Shown: one piece after another, positions 9,415 through 18,003 of the stretch
Position numbering within the stretch: the stretch's first letter is position 1
Layout of the letters: each line of letters opens with the position of its first letter
From: Actinomycetota bacterium
Lineage (GTDB): Bacteria > Actinomycetota > Actinomycetes > Nanopelagicales > Nanopelagicaceae
Direction of reading: 5' to 3'
Length of the DNA stretch: 36,064 nucleotides
Assembly (NCBI GenBank): GCA_009923805.1
Contig: RFSY01000001.1
Span: forward strand, 1-36,064
The notes under the pieces: model-generated
Databases searched by the model: none
What the model was told of the DNA's origin: nothing
The model's input: the letters and a program-made list of their open reading frames with translations, nothing else
Translations under genes and position numbers: made by a program

Positions 9415-10776
9415 ATGGATATGAACTCACCTTCTGCTCAATTGGATTCACTCTTTGATCCAAAGTTGGTTGCTGCGCAACAACCAAATTGGCCTGGGGG
9501 ACCCAATGGTGAAGCGATGACAAAGGCTGTTGCAGAACTTAAAGCGTTGCCACCACTTGTCTTTGCAGGTGAGTGCGATGATCTCAAAGCAAAGATTGCA
9601 CAAGCTGCAGCAGGTAAGGCATTTTGGCTACAAGGTGGCGATTGTGCAGAAACATTCTCCTCAGCAACAGCTGATTCAATTCGTAATCGCATCAAAACTA
9701 TCTTGCAGATGGCTGCAGTTCTGCAATATCACTCAAGTTTGCCAGTAATCAAAGTTGGGCGAATGGCTGGGCAGTTTGCAAAGCCACGTTCCAATGATCT
9801 TGAGACCCGTGGTGATGTCACACTTCCTGCTTACCGCGGTGATGCCGTCAACGATATTGAATTCACCGAAGCAGCACGCACGCCAGATCCCAACAGACTC
9901 GTACGCGTCTATAACACTTCTGCTGCGACCCTGAACTTAGTACGCGCATTTACTCGCGGTGGTTTTGCAGATCTTCGCCAAGTGCACGAATGGAATAAGG
10001 GATTTATCCGTGATTCTAAATTCGGCGAGAAGTATGAACAGATGGCAGCCGATATTGGACGCGCACTTGCCTTTATGGAATCTGCTGGAGTTGACCCAGA
10101 ACAATTTAAAGCTGTTGATTTCTATGCAAGTCATGAGGCACTCATCATTGAATACGAGAAGGCGCTGACACGTATCGATTCACGCACACAACTTGCCTAT
10201 GATGTTTCTGGACACTTCATCTGGATTGGTGAACGTACTCGTCAATTAGATGGCGCTCACGTTGATTTCGCATCCAAGGTCCGTAATCCAATCGGAATCA
10301 AACTGGGGCCAAAATCTACAGTTGAAGATGCACTAGCTCTCATTGCAAAACTCAATCCTGATAATGAGCCAGGTCGCATTACCTTTATCACTCGTATGGG
10401 TGCGGGAAAGATTCGTGAAGCTCTTCCTGCACTCGTTGATGGCGTCACAAAGAGTGGGGCAGAAGTGCTCTGGGTCTGCGATCCGATGCATGGAAATACT
10501 TTTGAATCAAAGAATGGGTATAAGACTCGTCAATTTGAAGATGTCCTTGATGAAGTTCGTGGCTTCTTTGAAGTGCATAAGAAGCTTGGTACTCATCCTG
10601 GGGGTATCCATATCGAACTCACTGGTGATGATGTGACTGAATGTCTTGGCGGCGGCAATGAGGTCTCTGAAAAAGACCTCGAATCTCGCTATGAGACAGC
10701 GTGCGACCCACGTCTGAACCATTCTCAATCACTTGAGCTCTCATTTTTGGTTGCTGAAATGTTGCGCGACCGCTAA
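9415..10776 (+). CDS. Class II 3-deoxy-D-arabino-heptulosonate 7-phosphate (DAHP) synthase
   Basis: LQGGDCAE, GRMAGQFAKPRS, WIGERTRQ, DPMHGNT, CDPRLN. Confidence 0.95.
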   Translation: MDMNSPSAQLDSLFDPKLVAAQQPNWPGGPNGEAMTKAVAELKALPPLVFAGECDDLKAKIAQAAAGKAFWLQGGDCAETFSSATADSIRNRIKTILQMAAVLQYHSSLPVIKVGRMAGQFAKPRSNDLETRGDVTLPAYRGDAVNDIEFTEAARTPDPNRLVRVYNTSAATLNLVRAFTRGGFADLRQVHEWNKGFIRDSKFGEKYEQMAADIGRALAFMESAGVDPEQFKAVDFYASHEALIIEYEKALTRIDSRTQLAYDVSGHFIWIGERTRQLDGAHVDFASKVRNPIGIKLGPKSTVEDALALIAKLNPDNEPGRITFITRMGAGKIREALPALVDGVTKSGAEVLWVCDPMHGNTFESKNGYKTRQFEDVLDEVRGFFEVHKKLGTHPGGIHIELTGDDVTECLGGGNEVSEKDLESRYETACDPRLNHSQSLELSFLVAEMLRDR

Positions 10777-10786
10777 TTTAGCGAAC

Positions 10787-11281
10787 GTGACGTTGCTCTT
10801 ATCAACCTTCGATACACCAATCGGAAGTCTCAATCTCATCGCAGATGAGCATGTACTCCTTGCGGCAAATCTTTCTAGCGTGAAGGCTCTCAAAGAGTCG
10901 TTGAGTGCCGAAGTCGCTGATCGTGAGATTAAGTTAGTGGCGAAGATTCCAGTCATTTCAGATCTGATTGCTGATTATTTCGACGGCGACTTATCTGCCC
11001 TCAACGCCATATCAGTAAGACAACCAGGCGCGCATTTCTCACAAGCTGCATGGAAGGCGATGAAGAAGATTGCGCCAGGAAAAATTATTTCGTACTCAGA
11101 ATTAGCAGAGAGAGCAGGAAGCCCCGCTGCGATTCGAGCTGCTGGAAGCGCCTGTGCAAAGAATGCAATCGTTCTTGTTGTGCCATGCCATCGCATAGTA
11201 AAGACCGGTGGAGCGCTCGGAAATTATGCCTACGGTTTGAACAAGAAAGAGTGGCTACTTCGCCACGAGGGCGCTCTTTAA
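10787..11281 (+). CDS. ogt: Methylated-DNA--protein-cysteine methyltransferase
   Basis: 'TPIG.L' N-terminus, 'RAAGSAC..N', active-site PCHRIV. GTG at 10787 avoids overlap with the upstream gene and follows TAATTT by 7 nt. Confidence 0.92.
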   Translation: MTLLLSTFDTPIGSLNLIADEHVLLAANLSSVKALKESLSAEVADREIKLVAKIPVISDLIADYFDGDLSALNAISVRQPGAHFSQAAWKAMKKIAPGKIISYSELAERAGSPAAIRAAGSACAKNAIVLVVPCHRIVKTGGALGNYAYGLNKKEWLLRHEGAL

Positions 11282-12304
11282 AATCTTGGTCAGTATTGCT
11301 ATTGCTTCATCACATTGGTTGTCATCAAAATCTAAATGTGTAACAAGGCGTGCATAATGTGGGCCAAGAGCACTAATCCACAATCCAGCTTCCTTGCATT
11401 GGGATGTCAGGGCAGCTGCTGTGATGCCAATCTTCGAAAGTTCTAGACCAACAATATTTGTTTCTACCTTCACTGGGTCTATCAAGCTCGAATCAAGCCC
11501 ATGGAGTGCGGTAGCTATCTTTTTCGCACGCGCGTGATCTTGCGCAAGTCGAGCAATATTGTTTTCAAGTGCGTAATGCCCGGCAGCAGCGATGATCCCC
11601 ACTTGTCGCATTCCAGCCCCGTACCGTTTGCGCCAGATGCGAGCTTCAGCAACTCTCGATTTATTCGACAGCATCACAGAACCAATGGGTGCTCCTAAGC
11701 CTTTTGAAAGACAGACGCTGATGGTGTCAAAGTGTTTTCCATACTCTGCAAAGGAAACACCAGATGCAATGTGCGCATTCCAAATTCGAGCTCCATCCAG
11801 ATGCATGGCAATTCCACGAGCATGGGCAGCGCTCGACAACTTCTCGATTTCTGAAAGAGGCTGCACGGTGCCGCCACCAAAGTTATGTGTGTTCTCAACT
11901 GCGATTGCTGTTGTAGAAACTAAATAGGGACCGGCATTTTCATGTGCAATAGCGAGTGGATCTTCTGCGCGAAGTGATCCATCTGCAGTTGGCCAGGTAC
12001 GAGTTGTGATTCCACTAAATGTCGCGGCTGCACCAAGTTCAGCACGCACGATATGTGAGCGGGTTTCGACCAATAGCTCTTCACCAGGTTTTACTAGTGT
12101 GCGAATAGCTAGTTGGTTTGCAAGTGAACCTGTTGGGGTAAAGAGACCAGCTTCATGACCGAACATTGCGGCCACACGTTCCTCTAGGGAGTTAACGGTT
12201 GGATCATCACCGTAGACATCATCGCCAACCGGGGCAGCAGCCATTGCAGCGCGCATTGCATCACTGGGCTTAGTCACAGTATCTGAGCGAAGATCGATGG
12301 CCAT
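11255..12304 (-). CDS. ltaE: Low-specificity L-threonine aldolase
   Basis: IDLRSDTVT, GDDVYGDDPT, ENTHN, HLDGARIWNA, PLP lysine in SKGLGAP. Confidence 0.93.
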   Translation of the reverse strand: MAIDLRSDTVTKPSDAMRAAMAAAPVGDDVYGDDPTVNSLEERVAAMFGHEAGLFTPTGSLANQLAIRTLVKPGEELLVETRSHIVRAELGAAATFSGITTRTWPTADGSLRAEDPLAIAHENAGPYLVSTTAIAVENTHNFGGGTVQPLSEIEKLSSAAHARGIAMHLDGARIWNAHIASGVSFAEYGKHFDTISVCLSKGLGAPIGSVMLSNKSRVAEARIWRKRYGAGMRQVGIIAAAGHYALENNIARLAQDHARAKKIATALHGLDSSLIDPVKVETNIVGLELSKIGITAAALTSQCKEAGLWISALGPHYARLVTHLDFDDNQCDEAIAILTKILKSALVAK

Positions 12305-12307
12305 CTT

Positions 12308-13168
12308 TTATGCCTCCTTGAGGACAATCATAAACATGGCAGCTACAACTAGCACTCCACCCAGAAGTGCGCGAAGAGAGATGCTCTCACCACCGAATAT
12401 CACGGCAAAAACAGCTGCAAAGACAACTTCCATAGTCAGAATTACTGCAACTTTTGTTGCTGACATATGTGCTTGTGACCATGTTTGAACAACGAAAGCG
12501 ACTGCGGTGCATACGACTGCCGTATAGAGAACTACTAGCCATCCCGAAAGATCAACAGGTGCTTCATAACCTTGAGCAAAAGAGATGGCGCCGGTAAGTA
12601 ATGCACACGTAGCGAGCTGCACTATTGTCATGGCATACACATCTAAACCATTGCTCCATTTGCTCAGGGCGATGATATGAGCTGCAAAAGCGATGGCACA
12701 GAGGAATACAAGAAATTCACCTAACCCTAAGTTCCACCCTTTGAGAGAAAGTAGCGCGAGTCCGAGAGTTGCCAGCGCAACACATGACCAGGTGAAAGGT
12801 GTGATGCGAACTTTGAGAAGAACTGCCGCAAGAACAGGGGTGGCAACAACATAAAGCCCAGTAATAAATCCCGCGATTGCAGCCCCAGTAAGTGCTAAAC
12901 CAAATGTCTGCAAGATATAACCGGATGCCAGGAAAAGTCCTGCTATAAATCCTTTTTTAAGAATTTCTCGATTAATGGTCTTTAATACTGAAGGCTTTAA
13001 TAAAACCATGGCAATGACAGCAACAAGGAAGCGCGAGAAGAGGAAACTATTAACGCTCTGCTTTTCAATGGCATCTTTCATGACAACAAAGGCAAGGCCC
13101 CAAGCGGCTGAAACGAGGAGAAGCGCCCATGGTGCAAGGCGCATCTTGAGTGCGTGCGAACTACTCAT
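12308..13168 (-). CDS. DMT/EamA family transporter
   Basis: 'AWGLAFVVMK', 'ILQTFGL', 'MEVVFA'; about 10 TM segments. Confidence 0.85.
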   Translation of the reverse strand: MSSSHALKMRLAPWALLLVSAAWGLAFVVMKDAIEKQSVNSFLFSRFLVAVIAMVLLKPSVLKTINREILKKGFIAGLFLASGYILQTFGLALTGAAIAGFITGLYVVATPVLAAVLLKVRITPFTWSCVALATLGLALLSLKGWNLGLGEFLVFLCAIAFAAHIIALSKWSNGLDVYAMTIVQLATCALLTGAISFAQGYEAPVDLSGWLVVLYTAVVCTAVAFVVQTWSQAHMSATKVAVILTMEVVFAAVFAVIFGGESISLRALLGGVLVVAAMFMIVLKEA

Positions 13169-14016
13169 CCACGAAGTTTTTTCAGTAGTGCAATTTCTTT
13201 CCCGTGCTCGGGCTCCATTCCCGGAGTTTCAAGAATGAGCGGTGCATTCACTACAGCCGGATGCTTCAGGAGTTCTTGGAATGGATCCACCCCAATAAAA
13301 CCTTCGCCGATATTTTGATGACGATCTTTAAGTGCACCACAGACATCCATAGAATCATTTGCATGGATTAGTTGAATACGTTCGATTCCAGCGACTTCAA
13401 CTAATAAGTCGAGAGTCTCTTTCATGCCACCCTTCTTTGCAATGTCATGACCAGCTGCAAAGACGTGACACGTATCAAGACAGATACCTACTTTAGGGTG
13501 GTACTCGAGAGCCTTTAGGTAATACTCGAGATCTTCTAACCTCTTTACAAGTGATTGACCTTGGCCGGCCGTTGGTTCGAGTAAGAGATAGGGCGCATCA
13601 TCGGTGAGCGCTTCCAGAATTGGCATCATGCCCTTATTTATCTGCTTCCATGCTTTATCGATGAAATCTTCATTGACTGCAGAGCCAGTATGAACAACGA
13701 CCCCCAGCGCACCGATCTCTTTGCCGCGCTTGAGCGAATATTCAGTGGAGGCTAATGAATTTTTATAAGTGCCTTCTGTAGGGGAGCCCAAATTTATGAG
13801 GAATGGTGCATGCACATATGTTTCGATATCGAGAGCCGCAGCCTTCTCGCGAAAAATTGCATCAGCCTCATGATTTGTCTCTGGCATCGCCCAACCGCGC
13901 GGATTAGATGTAAAGACTTGAATCGCTTCTGCTTCGGTTAAATCTGCATATGCAATTGAACGTTTAGCCATCCCACCAGAAGTTGGTGTGTGGGCTCCAA
14001 TACGAGGCTTTTTCAC
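13165..14016 (-). CDS. nfo: Endonuclease IV (AP endonuclease)
   Basis: IGAH, HAPFLINLGS, VVHTGS, LDTCHVFAAG, HANDS, DRH and LETP metal-ligand motifs. Confidence 0.95.
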   Translation of the reverse strand: MKKPRIGAHTPTSGGMAKRSIAYADLTEAEAIQVFTSNPRGWAMPETNHEADAIFREKAAALDIETYVHAPFLINLGSPTEGTYKNSLASTEYSLKRGKEIGALGVVVHTGSAVNEDFIDKAWKQINKGMMPILEALTDDAPYLLLEPTAGQGQSLVKRLEDLEYYLKALEYHPKVGICLDTCHVFAAGHDIAKKGGMKETLDLLVEVAGIERIQLIHANDSMDVCGALKDRHQNIGEGFIGVDPFQELLKHPAVVNAPLILETPGMEPEHGKEIALLKKLRG

Positions 14017-14020
14017 TTGC

Positions 14021-15919
14021 TCACCCTACTGTGATGGTGACAGTGCTGCCACGTTTGACTTTACTTCCCACCTTTGGCGATATGGCAGTCACTTTCTTAA
14101 CAGTCTTCTTTCCAATTTTCTTCACTACCACTTTGAGATCGAGATCTTTGAGTGATTGAACAGCTTTCACTTCCTCGATACTGAAGATATTTGGGATATA
14201 GGCAAATTGAGAGCCCTTTGAAATTACGAGCGCAATCTTCGCACCCTTATCCACGCTCTTGCCACCATCTGGTTTCTGCGAAATAACTTCGCCCGCTAAA
14301 AGTGTTTCGCTAAATCCATATGTTGATGTGACCGCAAATCCGGCATCAGATAATTCATTGAGGGCTTGATCAGAACTCTTTCCAACATAAGAAGCAATTT
14401 CAACTTGTTCAACACCTTTGGAAACGCGAATCGTCACCGCAGTATCTCTTTTGACTTTCTCACCAGCAGGCGGAGTTGAATCAATGACATAACCTCGTGG
14501 ATATGCACCGCTATATTCTTCGGTATTAGGTTGTAGCGAAAGCGGGAATCTAGAAAGCGCCTGCACTGCAGCTTCCGGTGTGAGTCCAGCAAGCTTCGGT
14601 ATCACATAGCGCTCTGGTCCCTTAGAGATGATGAGTGAAACTGCGCCACCTTGGTCGATTCGTCCACCGCCACCTGGATTAGATTCAATTACGTGGCCCT
14701 CGGGAATTTCTTCACTAAATTTCTGCTCTGCGATAGTAAATGTCAGACCTAATGGATCAAGGGCAGCCTTTACTTCATCTTGTGTAGCGCCAACTGTTGA
14801 TGGAACAACTACTCGAGAGCCGGGACCAATGAGGGCATACCAGCCAAATATTCCTAATGAAATTGCCAGCACAAGTGCGATGTAGCGATTGCGTCGTACC
14901 CGCTTACTAATTTTCTTGCGTTTAGCAACTTGTTCAGTGTTCTCTTTCTGAGTTGGCACAGGAATTGCTGCAGTAAGTTCTTTGATTTTCTTTCGAAGAG
15001 ATTTGGGAGAAACTTTTAATCTCATCGGAGCAATCGGAATATCGAGTTCAAGGCTGAGTTGATTCTCTTTAGGGTTGAGCGCTCTATTGAGGGCGCTGAG
15101 TTCCTCGTGGAAAACTGCTGCATCACGTGGGCGATCATCAGGGTTTGCACTCGTGGCGCGATAAATGAGGTCATCAAGTAAGGCAGGCACATTCGTCACC
15201 AGAGAGCTAATGCGGGGGACCCGATTATTCACATGCATATATGCAATTTGTATCGGCGCATCGCCTTCAAAAGGCTTCCCACCCGTAAACATTTCAAAAG
15301 CAGTGATTCCAATTGAGTAGACATCGCTTCGAGAATCAGCAACCCCTCGTTGAACTTGCTCAGGGGATAGGTAAGAAACGCTACCTAAAATAACACTTGA
15401 CTCGGCCGTCATGGTTCCACCGAGTAAAGGGCCTTTTGCTAAACCAAAATCTGCAATTTTGATGCGCCCCTCTTTAGAAATCAAAATATTTTCAGGTTTG
15501 ACATCCCTATGGACGATTCCGATTTTATGAGCGGCAGCAAGTGCGCTCAGCACTGGAAGTAAGAACTTAATGCCATCTGAAATTGCTAACTTTCCTTGTT
15601 CATTAAGGTAATCACGAAGTGTGTGACCTTCAATCATCTCCATGACAAGAAATACTGCAGGAGTACCATTTTGATTCCATCCCTGATCTTGCACCGCCAC
15701 GATATTGGGATGAGATAGTGCGGCCGCAGCTTTCGCTTCGCGGATAAAGCGTTCAACAAATTGTTCATCTTGTGCCAAATGCGAGTGCATAATTTTTACG
15801 GCAACTTTACGATCTAAGCGGGTATCGAGAGCCTCATAAATACTTGCCATCCCGCCGGTAGCCATCTGGCGGATGAGTTGATATCGCCCATCGATGAGCT
15901 CGCCGGTCAGGTCAGACAT
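14021..15919 (-). CDS. PASTA-domain Ser/Thr protein kinase (PknL/PknB-like)
   Basis: GGMA, VAVK, HRDVKPEN, DFG, then a TM helix and about 4 PASTA repeats. Position near DAHP synthase, prenyl synthase and dcw matches pknL synteny. Confidence 0.93.
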   Translation of the reverse strand: MSDLTGELIDGRYQLIRQMATGGMASIYEALDTRLDRKVAVKIMHSHLAQDEQFVERFIREAKAAAALSHPNIVAVQDQGWNQNGTPAVFLVMEMIEGHTLRDYLNEQGKLAISDGIKFLLPVLSALAAAHKIGIVHRDVKPENILISKEGRIKIADFGLAKGPLLGGTMTAESSVILGSVSYLSPEQVQRGVADSRSDVYSIGITAFEMFTGGKPFEGDAPIQIAYMHVNNRVPRISSLVTNVPALLDDLIYRATSANPDDRPRDAAVFHEELSALNRALNPKENQLSLELDIPIAPMRLKVSPKSLRKKIKELTAAIPVPTQKENTEQVAKRKKISKRVRRNRYIALVLAISLGIFGWYALIGPGSRVVVPSTVGATQDEVKAALDPLGLTFTIAEQKFSEEIPEGHVIESNPGGGGRIDQGGAVSLIISKGPERYVIPKLAGLTPEAAVQALSRFPLSLQPNTEEYSGAYPRGYVIDSTPPAGEKVKRDTAVTIRVSKGVEQVEIASYVGKSSDQALNELSDAGFAVTSTYGFSETLLAGEVISQKPDGGKSVDKGAKIALVISKGSQFAYIPNIFSIEEVKAVQSLKDLDLKVVVKKIGKKTVKKVTAISPKVGSKVKRGSTVTITVG

Positions 15920-15929
15920 ATGTCGAATT

Positions 15930-16466
15930 CTAGGTAGTCAGTATGAAATCAGCGGCGTTCTGAGTCCCTTCGGCGCGAAAATGTTCATCCTGTTGCGTAA
16001 GCCATTTTTCCATCTGATTTTTTATGGCTGCGCCATCTCGTTCTAAAACCCTTGCTAGCCCTTCTTTTTCTGCAATATCAATCCAAATAAGTGCTGAAAT
16101 GCTGGGACGAATTGCGGACTGTCCACTACCTACGCCCTCCAAGATAATGAGATTAGTCTGTGAAATTTCTTTTGCTTCCTCAAATTCTGATCGACCCCAG
16201 TCATATATTGAGTATGAAATCTTCTTGCCAGCCTTATGTGCCGATGTGATGTGCTGTAGAGATTCTGTGAGTTCAGAACTGAGGGCAGCATCCCAACCGT
16301 TATAGAGATCGTCCATATGGACAACATGAACTGTTAAATCTGCCGCGAGTGCTAAGGCAAGATTATTCGCCAACGTTGTCTTTCCTGCTCCAGCCGGACC
16401 ATCGATAGCAATGATGGAGCGAGCCTCGTTCTTACAGAGATCTAATAGCGCGGCGGTGAGCTCCAT
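15930..16466 (-). CDS. P-loop small-molecule kinase (uridine-kinase-like fold), substrate unknown
   Basis: Walker A 'IAIDGPAGAGKTT', 'HMDDLY.GW', 'ILEGVG', lid 'RVLERDG'. Confidence 0.8.
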   Translation of the reverse strand: MELTAALLDLCKNEARSIIAIDGPAGAGKTTLANNLALALAADLTVHVVHMDDLYNGWDAALSSELTESLQHITSAHKAGKKISYSIYDWGRSEFEEAKEISQTNLIILEGVGSGQSAIRPSISALIWIDIAEKEGLARVLERDGAAIKNQMEKWLTQQDEHFRAEGTQNAADFILTT

Positions 16467-17022
16467 ACCATCTGCTCCATCCCATAGCTGCCATTGCCGT
16501 AAATGTTACATAGAGCAACGTTGTAAAGAGTAACCCTTGTGATGCATAGAGGCCTGTATAACCGGCATCAACAACTAACCACATTGGCCAATTGTCATAT
16601 TTCTCATAGACCATGAGCATTTGTGCGGCAAAACTTCCGAAGAAGAGAATTGCATCTACATACGTGGAGGCAGCGCCGATTGATTTCAGCACTGGACCCA
16701 GTGCAAGGGTTGCGAGAAGAATTGCTGCAATTGTGTAGAGACGATATTTGTTTTTAAAGGAACCTGGTTTAGCTCCAGATGGTTCCCATCCATACCAACC
16801 AGCGATTGCTGCCGCTATGAAGATGATTTGAAGTGCAGCACTTGCAAACAGTTTAAAGTGAAGGAAGAAGATTCCGTATAAAACGCTACTTATGGCCCAC
16901 CATGGCCAGGTAATTCTCTTTGCAGTTATGCCAAGGGCGACTCCGATAAATGATGCAATGGATGCTACAAATTCAAGTATTGATACTTCATATCCCCATG
17001 CCGTAAAAAGTGTGGAAAACAC
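16432..17022 (-). CDS. pnuC: PnuC-family vitamin transporter (probably PnuT-like, for thiamin or a precursor)
   Basis: 'SILEF', 'WPW', 'LQ....AIAGWYGW', 'YVDA', 'AQMLM..EKYDNWPMWLVVD'. GTG start with AGAGG 6 nt upstream. Substrate is inferred from the upstream TPP-like RNA. Confidence 0.88.
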   Translation of the reverse strand: MFSTLFTAWGYEVSILEFVASIASFIGVALGITAKRITWPWWAISSVLYGIFFLHFKLFASAALQIIFIAAAIAGWYGWEPSGAKPGSFKNKYRLYTIAAILLATLALGPVLKSIGAASTYVDAILFFGSFAAQMLMVYEKYDNWPMWLVVDAGYTGLYASQGLLFTTLLYVTFTAMAAMGWSRWYGAHRRAIRSL

Positions 17023-17028
17023 AATTAA

Positions 17029-17116
17029 CCTCTATTTCTAAATCCGCATTATCGGATTAGTCAGACGGTCGATTCCACATCAAGTGAAATCCTCTCAGCC
17101 ACCTTGGCTCCCGTGC
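17029..17116 (-). ncRNA. TPP-riboswitch-like aptamer, non-canonical variant
   Basis: Minus strand reads ACGGGAGCC-AAGGU-GGCUGAGAGG-AUUUCAC-UUGAU-GUGGAAUC-GACCGU-CUGA-CUAAUCCG-AUAAUG-CGGAUUUAG. P2, P3, UGAGA (J3/2), P3a and the AUAAUG L5 loop match TPP consensus; J4/5 and P1 do not. Confidence 0.75.
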
Positions 17117-17124
17117 GCCGTACT

Positions 17125-18003
17125 TTAGCCGATACGTGCAGCTATTGCTTGAAGGTATGCAGCACCGGCAACCCGTGCCCGACGAAACGTAGAAGTCTTT
17201 GCTCTCTTATTGAATATGTCGTATCCGATAGCTTCTACTTCATCCACAATCCCACAGTAGAGCTCACTTGCTGCTCGTATGCAGGGACGAGATTCTTTAT
17301 CTAAAAACGCAATACCGGCATTTGATTCGCGTTGCAATTGGCGCACTCGCTCAATTTGAAATTTGAGCGCCTCAATAATCTCTGGTGTGAGCTTGCGCCT
17401 TTCTAGCATTGCGCGATCGACACCGAATTGTGCGAGTTCCTGCAATGGGAGGTAGACGCGTCCGCGATCGAGATCTTCTGCAACATCGCGGATGAAGTTA
17501 GCCAACTGGAATGCGATTCCCAATTTTTGAGCAGATTCAAAGGCCCGCTGATCTGAGTACCCAAGGACGGGAACCATCTCCAATCCAATTACGGCAGCAG
17601 AGCCATAGACATACTCGAGTAAGTCGTCATATGTTTGATATTCAGTGATAGTCAGATCCATCTCCATAGAATGCAAGAAGTCAACGAAATGTTGATGAGG
17701 GATGTTAAATGTGTGTGCTGTATGTACGAGTGCTCGTCCGATGTCATCAGTACTTGTTCCTGCTTTCAGATCTGCCAGAACCCCACTACTCCAATTACGG
17801 AGTGCGTCAGCTTTCTCGTGGGCAGATAAAGTGGAAGCTAAATCATCAACGATTTCATCTGCATAGCGAGCAAACCCATAGAGAGCGTGAACATAGGGGC
17901 GCTTATTTTTCGGCAATAGAAGAGTGGCTAAGTAGTACGTCTTGCCATGAAGCGAGTTAAGTCGCTTGCACTCTTCATACGATGCCGCAAGTGCCGAATC
18001 CAT
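17125..18003 (-). CDS. crtB: Phytoene synthase
   Basis: 'HGKTYYLAT', 'ALYGFARYADEIVD', 'FQLANFIRDVAEDLDRGRVYLP'. Confidence 0.95.
   Translation of the reverse strand: MDSALAASYEECKRLNSLHGKTYYLATLLLPKNKRPYVHALYGFARYADEIVDDLASTLSAHEKADALRNWSSGVLADLKAGTSTDDIGRALVHTAHTFNIPHQHFVDFLHSMEMDLTITEYQTYDDLLEYVYGSAAVIGLEMVPVLGYSDQRAFESAQKLGIAFQLANFIRDVAEDLDRGRVYLPLQELAQFGVDRAMLERRKLTPEIIEALKFQIERVRQLQRESNAGIAFLDKESRPCIRAASELYCGIVDEVEAIGYDIFNKRAKTSTFRRARVAGAAYLQAIAARIG

Noticed and set aside
10733-10786. Upstream extension of ogt into the DAHP synthase gene
   Set aside because: Not Ogt-like; GTG 10787 fits better.
17029-17116. Alternative reading of the pnuC leader as an FMN or NAD+ riboswitch
   Set aside because: It lacks FMN consensus blocks (e.g. 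AGGGCGGGGUGAAAUUCCC), while its GCUGAGA and AUAAUG elements are TPP-class features.
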